The notes under the pieces: generated by a model
What the model was told of the DNA's origin: nothing
The model's input: only the letters and a program-made list of their open reading frames with translations
Database searches by the model: none
Made by a program: the position numbers and the translations under genes
Assembly: GCA_963741945.1 (NCBI GenBank)
Contig: CAVUKA010000001.1
Location: 1,280,001-1,344,000, forward strand
Length of the DNA stretch: 64,000 nucleotides
DNA from: an uncultured Gemmatimonadales bacterium
GTDB taxonomy: Bacteria; Gemmatimonadota; Gemmatimonadetes; Longimicrobiales; RSA9
Direction: 5' to 3'
In this document: positions 39,924-47,815 of the stretch, piece after piece
Numbering within the stretch: position 1 is the stretch's first letter
Layout: each line of letters opens with the position of its first letter

Positions 39924-40863
39924 AGTCGTCGAGCTCCTCGTTCAGAAGCTTCACCTTTTCCTCCGCCGAGTACTTGGGCAGTCGGCGCGTCTCCTCGTAG
40001 CGCGGGCGGTTCTCGTCGCGGAAGAACACACCCAGCGGGAGCTTCCCGCCCTCCTCCTCGGCGATCCGCCGGGCCATGTCGATGTCCCGCGGGTCGTGCG
40101 TGCGGTGGTTCTTGTAGATCCCGTGGATCTCCGGAACCGTGACCCCGTCATCGTGCACCAGCAGCTCGATGTTGTCCGGCTTGCGCACCGCCTCCATGAA
40201 CAGCGGCGCCGTGTACTGCGGGCAGCGCTGGAGGATGCGGACGAAGCCGAGCCCCTTGTGTCGGTGCGCGGCCCGCAGCGTGGCATACAGGTGCTGCGGG
40301 ATCCACTCCGCGGTCTGGGCCACGAAGCTCGCGTTCGTCGCCCCGAGCATCACTTCCAGCGGGTTCAGCGGCGGCAGGTAGCTGCCCCGCGGCTGCGTGT
40401 TGGTCTTGTAGCCCTGCGGCGTGGTGGGTGACGTCTGCATCTTCGTCAGCCCGTAGATGTTGTTGTCCAGCAGAACGGCCACCATGTCCACGTTGTAGCG
40501 CAGCGCGTGCAGCCAGTGGCCGGCCCCGATGGACGTGCAGTCCCCGTCCCCCATGACCACGAACACGTTCAGATCCGGCCGGTTCAGCTTGACGCCCGTG
40601 GCCACGGGCAGCGCGCGTCCGTGGATCCCGTGGAAGCCGTACGTGCGCATGTAGTGCGGGAAGCGGCTCGAGCAGCCGATCCCCGAAACGAACACCGTCT
40701 CCTCCGGCTTCAGCTGCTCTTCCGCCAGCAGCCGCTGGTGCGCGGTCAGAACCGCCAGGTCGCCGCACCCCGGGCACCAGCGAGGGAGCGCGCCCTCGTA
40801 GTCGTCCATGCCGAACACGCGGTCATCACTGCCGGCATGCAGCAGCGAGCAGGTCGCGATCAT
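39913..40863 (-). CDS. korB: 2-oxoacid:ferredoxin oxidoreductase beta subunit
   Basis: WCPGCG, SGIGCSSR, GDGD, NNIYGLTK; substrate uncertain. Confidence 0.88.
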   Translation of the reverse strand: MIATCSLLHAGSDDRVFGMDDYEGALPRWCPGCGDLAVLTAHQRLLAEEQLKPEETVFVSGIGCSSRFPHYMRTYGFHGIHGRALPVATGVKLNRPDLNVFVVMGDGDCTSIGAGHWLHALRYNVDMVAVLLDNNIYGLTKMQTSPTTPQGYKTNTQPRGSYLPPLNPLEVMLGATNASFVAQTAEWIPQHLYATLRAAHRHKGLGFVRILQRCPQYTAPLFMEAVRKPDNIELLVHDDGVTVPEIHGIYKNHRTHDPRDIDMARRIAEEEGGKLPLGVFFRDENRPRYEETRRLPKYSAEEKVKLLNEELDDYAV

Positions 40864-42803
40864 GCCGCACCTCCCTTCACCTTCGGGGTTCGCCGCGCCC
40901 CGGCCTTGCCGATCTTACCGGTCCGGATCAGGCGGTCGACCATCACCTCGTGAATCGTCTGCGGCCGGAGCGGCTCACCGAGAACCCGCGTCCAGCAGTC
41001 CACGTCCACCAGCGTCTGCGCCCGGAGCAGCCAGGCGAGCTGGCCGTACCGCCGCGTCTCGTCCGTGATGTACGGATCGTCCGGGTCGTCGCTGTAGTTG
41101 ATCTCCACCGTCATCACGTGATCGAACTTCGCGAAGATCTCCCTCAGCCCCGGCTCCATCGGGGAGAGGAAGCGCAGGTGCAGCGACGACACGCGCAGCC
41201 CGCCTTCGCGCGCCCGGTCCACCGCCTCTTCGATCGCCCCCTTCGTGCTCCCCCAGCCCACCACCAGGAGGTCGCCCTCGTCGTCGCCGTAGACTTCCGG
41301 CTTCTGCAGCGCCTGGTGCAGCACCGCCAGCTTGCGGCTCCGCATCGTGGACGCCCGCTGGTTGATGTCCGAGCTGTACGCCACCTTGCTGTTCTCGTCG
41401 TGCGCCAGCCCCGTCAGCGTGTGCATCCCGTTCGCCTGTCCGGGGATGAAACGCCGGCTCAAGCCCGTCTTCGCATCCCAGTCGTACGGCCGCAGCCCCT
41501 CCGGGATCGGCGACTGGTCCGCCGGCCCGGCCATCCAGCTCGTCTGCGGATCCGGCCGCGGGAACGGCTGCACCCCCGTCGCCAGGTTCGCATCGCTCAG
41601 CACCATCACCACCATCCGGAACGTCTCCGCGATCCGGCGCGCCGTGACCATGGCGTGGAAGCACTCCTCGATCGTGGCCGGCGCCATCACCACGTGCGGC
41701 GCGTCACCCGGCTGGCCGAACAGCGCGGCCAGCAGGTCACCCTGCTCCACTTTCGTCGGCAGACCCGTGCTCGGACCGCCCCGCTGCACGTCCACCAGCA
41801 CCAGCGGCACTTCCGTCATGATCGCCAGCCCCAGGAACTCCGTCTTCAGGGCCAGCCCCGGGCCCGACGTGATCGTGAACGCCACCTTCCCCGAATACGA
41901 CGCCCCGATCGCCACACCCGCGGCCGCGATCTCGTCCTCCGCCTGGTGCAGCGTCCCGCCGAAACGCTCGAACATCTCGCCCAGCTGGTGCGACACCGAC
42001 GTGGCCGGCGTGATCGGGTACATCGCCGCCAGCTCCATCCCCAATGCCGTCGCACCCAGCGCGATCGCCTGGTTCCCGTTCATCACCACCATCGGCACGC
42101 CCGACGGCTTCGGCTCCACCCGCACCCGGAAGTCCAGGTTCTCCGCCGCCCAGTCATGACCGAGCTGCAGCAGCTGGTGGTTCTTCTCCGTGACCTCCGC
42201 CTTCTTCTTCCGGAACGCGTATGCGATCTGCTCCTTCACCAGATCCATGTCCCGCTCGTAGATCCACGACAGCAGACCCAGCGCGAACATGTTCTTCCCC
42301 TTCCGGGGATCATCCACCACCGTCCGGCAGATCTCGTCCATCGGGATCTCGATGATCCGGTATCGCTTCGACGACAGCTCCTTCATCGCCGCCGCCCACT
42401 GCTTCCGGATCGTCTCGTCCGCGTGGTCCTTCCAGAGGTTCTCCAGCAGGATCACCGCGTTGTCCGACAGCGCGTCCACCCAGTGCCGGTTCAGCAGCAC
42501 CTGCTCGTTGAACGCCACCACCAGGTCCGTGCTGTCCCCCCAGTTCGTCACCGGACCCGTTCCGATCCGGATCCGGTTCCCACTGGCTCCCGCCGGCATG
42601 CGCGGCGGCGGCTGGATCTCCGCAGGTATCAGCTCGACCGTCCACGCCCCGTTGCCCATCTTCGCGGACACGGAACCGAAGATCTGGCCGCACTTCTGCG
42701 CACCTTCCCCAGGGTCCGAGACGATCTCGACGGTATGTTCATTCGCGTCGATGACTTTCGGCGCCTTCCGGGGCCTCTTCTGTTCTGCCGTAACGGTGGT
42801 CAT
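40860..42803 (-). CDS. korA: 2-oxoacid:acceptor oxidoreductase alpha (gamma-alpha fused) subunit
   Basis: YPITPA, QAEDEI, TSGPG, QRGGPSTGLPT; substrate uncertain. Confidence 0.88.
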   Translation of the reverse strand: MTTVTAEQKRPRKAPKVIDANEHTVEIVSDPGEGAQKCGQIFGSVSAKMGNGAWTVELIPAEIQPPPRMPAGASGNRIRIGTGPVTNWGDSTDLVVAFNEQVLLNRHWVDALSDNAVILLENLWKDHADETIRKQWAAAMKELSSKRYRIIEIPMDEICRTVVDDPRKGKNMFALGLLSWIYERDMDLVKEQIAYAFRKKKAEVTEKNHQLLQLGHDWAAENLDFRVRVEPKPSGVPMVVMNGNQAIALGATALGMELAAMYPITPATSVSHQLGEMFERFGGTLHQAEDEIAAAGVAIGASYSGKVAFTITSGPGLALKTEFLGLAIMTEVPLVLVDVQRGGPSTGLPTKVEQGDLLAALFGQPGDAPHVVMAPATIEECFHAMVTARRIAETFRMVVMVLSDANLATGVQPFPRPDPQTSWMAGPADQSPIPEGLRPYDWDAKTGLSRRFIPGQANGMHTLTGLAHDENSKVAYSSDINQRASTMRSRKLAVLHQALQKPEVYGDDEGDLLVVGWGSTKGAIEEAVDRAREGGLRVSSLHLRFLSPMEPGLREIFAKFDHVMTVEINYSDDPDDPYITDETRRYGQLAWLLRAQTLVDVDCWTRVLGEPLRPQTIHEVMVDRLIRTGKIGKAGARRTPKVKGGAA

Positions 42804-43100
42804 CCCGACCTCGCATGAGGGTCCACACGATCTCGCCTCCAAATATGACCACACACGTGAGCCGTCCACTGTCGGGGTCACGTGGGATTTCCTGTGGGAA
42901 ATCAGGGGTATTTCGCTGTGGGGATTCCTACTGATCCGACGCCCGGCCCGCGACTACAACAGCCCCATACCGGCCACCTCTCCCCTACACCCGCACCCCC
43001 GCGCCCGCCACGCCACGCCCCTCGCTACCCCCGAGTTCGGCTGGAATTGCAGGCGAAGTGGTCTTATTCCCTCCCGTCAGCGCCGTCGTCGTCGCGAAGC

Positions 43101-43285
43101 CGCGGAGAACGTCAACAGCGCCTCACGCGGAGATCGCGGAAAACGTCAACAGCGGCTCACGCGGAGATCGCGGAGAACGTCAACAGCGGCTCACGCGGAG
43201 ATCGCGGAAAACGTCAACAGCGGCTCACGCGGAGATCGCGGAGAACGTCAACAGCGGCTCACGCGGAGCCGCGGAGATCGCGGAG
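43101..43285 (+). repeat. Five tandem 34-bp repeats
   Basis: CGCGGARAACGTCAACAGCGGCTCACGCGGAGAT starting at 43101, 43135, 43169, 43203, 43237. Confidence 0.95.
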
Positions 43286-43396
43286 GCCTGCATCGGCGGC
43301 GCGGGCTTCGATGGCGAGCTGAGGTGACCGGGCGAATGAAATGGTATGGCACCGGCGAGTTGCCGGGCGAGGCGGCCCGCTCGCCGCCAAATGCCC

Positions 43397-43500
43397 CTCC
43401 GCGTTCTCCGCGCCTCCGCGTGGAATGTTGTTCTCCGCGTCCTCCGCGTTCTCCGCGTGGAATGCTGTTCTCCGCGTTCTCCGCGCCTCCGCGTGGAATA
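43397..43500 (-). repeat. Three ~36-bp repeats, inverted relatives of the 34-bp array
   Basis: Triple CTCCGCG units followed by TGGAAT at 43397, 43433, 43470. Confidence 0.9.
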
Positions 43501-43688
43501 CCCGCGGGCATGACGCCCTTGCTTTCACGGGATTGGGCGGGCGCCGGGAATCGCATAGGAATGGGGGGCGCGCGCCGGGCTGTGGCGGCGGGGGTGGGGC
43601 GGGAAGGGTCTCGGACGTGACTTACCCGCCGCCGTCTTCCGGAAAGGAAGGGCCGACGGGGGTGGGCCGCGGGATGTTCCGTGGGGCG

Positions 43689-43907
43689 CTACTTGTGCCG
43701 GTAGACGATCCGTCCCCGGGTCAGGTCGTACGGTGAGAGAACGAGCGTCACGCGATCGCCCGTGAGCACCCGGATCTTGAACTTGGACATCTTCCCCGCG
43801 GCGTACGCCAGGACTTCGTGTCCGTTCTCCAGCTTGACCCGATACATTCGATCGGGGAGCACGTCGGTGACGACGCCCTCCATTTCGATGCCTTCCTGCT
43901 TCGCCAT
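43689..43907 (-). CDS. infA: Translation initiation factor IF-1
   Basis: [38 protein letters not shown]. Confidence 0.97.
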   Translation of the reverse strand: MAKQEGIEMEGVVTDVLPDRMYRVKLENGHEVLAYAAGKMSKFKIRVLTGDRVTLVLSPYDLTRGRIVYRHK

Positions 43908-43995
43908 AGTTTCTCCTGTTCCGGTTCGAAATCACGAAAGGGCCGCGCGAGGAGAACATACCCGGCGCGGCCTTTTCCGTTCGGCTGCGCGGACG

Positions 43996-44205
43996 CTAGC
44001 CGATGCGCTGCACGTTTTCGGCCGCCGGCCCCTTCTGCCCCTCGACCATATCGAATTCGACCCGCTCCCCTTCGGCGAGGGTCTTGAAACCTTCCCCGAG
44101 AATGGAGGAGTGGTGCACGAAACAGTCCCGGTCACCGCCATCCGGCTCGATGAATCCGAACCCCTTGGCGTCGTTGAACCACTTTACCGTGCCCTGCGTG
44201 CTCAT
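43996..44205 (-). CDS. cspA: Cold-shock protein
   Basis: [28 protein letters not shown]; family-level symbol. Confidence 0.95.
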   Translation of the reverse strand: MSTQGTVKWFNDAKGFGFIEPDGGDRDCFVHHSSILGEGFKTLAEGERVEFDMVEGQKGPAAENVQRIG

Positions 44206-44503
44206 TGTCGTTCGTACTCCAGTAACTGATTGCCAAAAAAGGACCCGGGGCAAACGATCGCCCCAGGTCTCAATCAAACCGCCGGCTCTGGCTTGCCCGT
44301 CCTGCCCTGTATTGCGCCAGCAACGTTAGGCCGGCTCCAGCGGTACGTCAAGCGCAGTCGCGGGCGCGCGCGAGCCCGTGGGCGTGCGCCGCCGGATTCA
44401 GCCGGACCGCCATCATCACCACCGCCGCGCTGCTGCACGCCCGGTCGCAGGCGGCAGCCTGGACCACGCCGCCGGCCCTGTTCTTGCCCCCGCTGACGCC
44501 GCC

Positions 44504-44881
44504 ATGATCATCCAGACCCTTTCCGAGAACCGCCTCCGCCTCCATTCGGCGCTCGACCCCGCTTTCGGGTTCGACATCGGCGACGACGCCGGGCTCTCGC
44601 CGTTCCATCTGCTGGCCGCGTCGCTGGCCACGTGCACGTTCTCCGTGCTTCACGGCTGGGCGCACCAGGCGCAGCTCCCCCTCGATGACCTCGAGATCAC
44701 CATCGACTGGGACTTCGGCGACGACCCGCTGCGCGTCACCGACATGCGGATGGAGGTCCGCTGGCCCGGGCTCCCCGAAGCCCGCGCCCCTGCCGCTCGC
44801 CGCGTGGCCGCCCATTGCACCATCCACCACACGCTCGAGCGCGGCGCGCACGTCGAGACGACGGTCGACTCGCCCGCATAG
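44504..44881 (+). CDS. OsmC-like protein
   Basis: SPFHLLAASLATC..HCTIHHTL two-Cys pattern. Confidence 0.8.
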   Translation: MIIQTLSENRLRLHSALDPAFGFDIGDDAGLSPFHLLAASLATCTFSVLHGWAHQAQLPLDDLEITIDWDFGDDPLRVTDMRMEVRWPGLPEARAPAARRVAAHCTIHHTLERGAHVETTVDSPA

Positions 44882-44973
44882 CGCCCCGCCGGCCCCCTTC
44901 CCCCGTGCTCCGCCGCGCCCTACGTTCCCGGGCGCCCCACCCACCGATACCCTCTGCCGACGGAGGCCATCCC

Positions 44974-47685
44974 GTGCGCCGTGCCGTGCCCGTTGTCCTG
45001 CTCCTGCTCTCCCTCGGCGTCCCCGCCGCCGCCCAGCACGCACTGGCGGACGCCGGCCCGTACGACCCGGCCGTCCCGACGCCCGCATCGGTTCTGGGCT
45101 ATCCGCTCGGCGCCCGCTTCACGCCATACCACGTCATGGCCCGGTACGCCGAGGCGGTGGCGGCCGCCAGCCCGCGCGTTCGCCTGGACACGGTGGCGGT
45201 GAGTTACGAGGGGCGCGGAGTGCTGCTCCTGACCATCACGTCGGATGCGAACCAGGCGCGGCTCGCGGCCATCCGGGAAGCGACGGCGACACTGGCCGAC
45301 CCGTTCCGCCGGTCGGCCTCGCCGGAGCCCGCGCCCGCCGCGCGGAACGCGGCCCCGGGCCTGGATCAGCTCGCGGCCACGACGCCGGCGGTGGTGTGGC
45401 TCGGATTCACGATCCACGGCAACGAGGGATCGGGGGTGGAGGCTGGCCTGGGCGTGCTCTACCAGCTCGCCGCCGGCCAGGACTCCGCCACCCGGATGGT
45501 GCTGGACAGCGTCGTCGTGCTCATCGACCCGGTCCAGAATCCGGACGGTCACGAGCGGCACGTGCAGGACGTGCTCCGTGAAATGGGCGCGTTCGGGCCC
45601 GACCCGTACCCGGGCGCGATGATCCAGACCCAGAACTGGCCGGGCGGGCGGACGAGCCACTACCTCTTCGACCTGAACCGCGACTGGTTCCTCCACACGC
45701 ACCCGGAGACGCTCGGCCGCATGCGCACGTTCGCGGCCTGGCATCCACAGGTGGCGGTGGACCTGCACGAGATGGGCTCCGGCTCCACGTACTTCTTCGC
45801 GCCACCCATGCAGCCCATCAACCCGAACGTGCCCGCATCCATCCGGGACTGGTGGGGCATCTACGCCCGGGCCAACGCCGACGCCCTCGCCGCCGACGGC
45901 TGGGGCTTCTTCACCCGCGAGGGCTACGACGAGTTCTATCCCGGCTACGGCGTTTCCTGGCCGGTCCTCACCGGCGCCGTCGGGATGACGTACGAGGAGG
46001 CATCCAGCGGCGGTGGCGCCATCCGGCGCGATGACGGGACGGTCGTCACGCTGCGCGACGCCGCACGCAAGCACTACACGGCCGCCATGGCCACGCTGGC
46101 CATGACCGCCCATCGGCGGAGTGACCGCGTGCGCGACTACGTGGCGTTCCGTCGCTCCGCCGTGACCGAGGCGGAGCGGGCTCCGCTCCGCGCCGTGGTC
46201 CTGGAGCCGGACGCCGGAGGCCGGGCGGACGCCCTCGCCCGGGTGCTGCTGGAGAACGGCATCGAAGTGGGCCGGCTGTCGCAGGCGACGTCGATCTCCG
46301 CCACCCCGTACGGCGAGACACGTCCCCGCCGCGTCGACCTCCCGGCGAGCGCCTGGGTCATCGACCTGGCGCAGCCCCAGGGTCGCCTCGCCCGCGCCCT
46401 GCTGGAGCCCGACGCGAGCCTCGACTCCGCGTTCATCCGGGACGAGCTCGAAGCTCGCCGCAACGGCCAGCGCGACCGCTTCTACGACATCACCGCCTGG
46501 TCGCTCCCGTTCACGTTCCGTGTGCATGCATGGGGGACGGGGGCGGCTCCGTCCGGGGTCCGCCCGGTTCCGGCCCCCGCCTACCTCGCGTGGACAGCGC
46601 CGCCCGCCCGTCCCGCCACCATCTCCACCGCGCCGCCGTCCGAACCCCCGGGAGCCCTCGGGCCCGGCATCGTGCCCACGTCCCTTCCGGTGGAGCGGGC
46701 CCGCTACGCCTATGCCTTCGGAACCGGGAGCGACGCATCGCTGCGCATGCTCGCGCGGCTGCTCGCCGACAGCGTGCGCGTGCGCCACGCGACCCGCCCG
46801 TTCAGGGTGGGAGCCGCCGATTTCCCCCATGGCGCGTTCCTGGTGGTGGTCAACCGTAACGCGCCCGACATCCACGACCGGATCCGGGGCGCCGCTGCGG
46901 CCACGGGTGCCCGCGTGGCGGCCGTGGACAACGCGCTGGTGGACGCCGGGGCGGACCTGGGGAGCAACAGCGTCGTGAGCATACCGGTATCCCGCGTCGC
47001 GCTCGTGGGTGGTGAGGGTGTGAGCTCGGCCTCGTACGGCGCGGCATGGTACGCGTTCGATCGCCTGCTGGGGTTCCCGGTCACGCGCGTGGAGGCGGGC
47101 CGGCTCGCTCGCGCGCTCGGCGACTTCAATGTGGTGGTCCTCCCCTCCGCTGCCGGCCTCGACGCCGTGCTCGGCGACGCCGGGACCGATGCGCTCCGCC
47201 GCTGGGTCCGCGCCGGCGGCACGCTGGTGACGCTGGACGCCGCTACCGCGTGGCTCGACCGCGCGGGCATTGGCCGGCTGAAGCTCGCCGAGCCGCCCGC
47301 GCCGAATGGCGGGGCGCCGCTCCCCGTGTCGGTTCCGGGCGCCATCGTCCGTGCCGAAGCCGACACGCTCTCGCCGCTCCTGGCCGGCATCGCCGAGCCG
47401 GAGCTCCTGGTGCTCCTCTCGGGCGACCGGGTCTACCGGATGCCCGACGACGCGCGCCCCGGCGAGGCTGTGCTGCGCTATGCCGGTGCGGAGCGGCTCC
47501 GGGTGGCCGGGTACCTCTGGCCCGAAGTCCCGGCCCGGGTGGCCGGAACGCCGTGCCTCTGGACCGAGAGTGTCGGCGCCGGTCGGGTCGTCGCCTTCAC
47601 CGGCGACCCCAACTTCCGCGCCATGTGGCGCGGCCTCCTGCCCGTGTTCGCGAACGCTGTCTTCCTCGGCCCCACGCTCAGGTAG
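44974..47685 (+). CDS. Secreted M14 zinc carboxypeptidase, copy 1
   Basis: GTG start with GGAGG; HGNE, NPDG, DLNRD, DLHEM. Confidence 0.9.
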   Translation: MRRAVPVVLLLLSLGVPAAAQHALADAGPYDPAVPTPASVLGYPLGARFTPYHVMARYAEAVAAASPRVRLDTVAVSYEGRGVLLLTITSDANQARLAAIREATATLADPFRRSASPEPAPAARNAAPGLDQLAATTPAVVWLGFTIHGNEGSGVEAGLGVLYQLAAGQDSATRMVLDSVVVLIDPVQNPDGHERHVQDVLREMGAFGPDPYPGAMIQTQNWPGGRTSHYLFDLNRDWFLHTHPETLGRMRTFAAWHPQVAVDLHEMGSGSTYFFAPPMQPINPNVPASIRDWWGIYARANADALAADGWGFFTREGYDEFYPGYGVSWPVLTGAVGMTYEEASSGGGAIRRDDGTVVTLRDAARKHYTAAMATLAMTAHRRSDRVRDYVAFRRSAVTEAERAPLRAVVLEPDAGGRADALARVLLENGIEVGRLSQATSISATPYGETRPRRVDLPASAWVIDLAQPQGRLARALLEPDASLDSAFIRDELEARRNGQRDRFYDITAWSLPFTFRVHAWGTGAAPSGVRPVPAPAYLAWTAPPARPATISTAPPSEPPGALGPGIVPTSLPVERARYAYAFGTGSDASLRMLARLLADSVRVRHATRPFRVGAADFPHGAFLVVVNRNAPDIHDRIRGAAAATGARVAAVDNALVDAGADLGSNSVVSIPVSRVALVGGEGVSSASYGAAWYAFDRLLGFPVTRVEAGRLARALGDFNVVVLPSAAGLDAVLGDAGTDALRRWVRAGGTLVTLDAATAWLDRAGIGRLKLAEPPAPNGGAPLPVSVPGAIVRAEADTLSPLLAGIAEPELLVLLSGDRVYRMPDDARPGEAVLRYAGAERLRVAGYLWPEVPARVAGTPCLWTESVGAGRVVAFTGDPNFRAMWRGLLPVFANAVFLGPTLR

Positions 47686-47815
47686 ACACGGGTCGGCCGG
47701 CAGGGCGGCTGCCGCGGGCCGCCCTGCCCGGCCGTGCTCTGGCCCGCCCCTACCGGCTTCCCTAGCTTCCGTGGATCATGGCTGCCAAACATCGTCGACG
47801 CTCCGGAGGCTGGAC

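Noticed and set aside
43101-43500. CRISPR array
   Set aside because: Units are near-identical along their whole length with no unique spacers, and no cas genes are in the window
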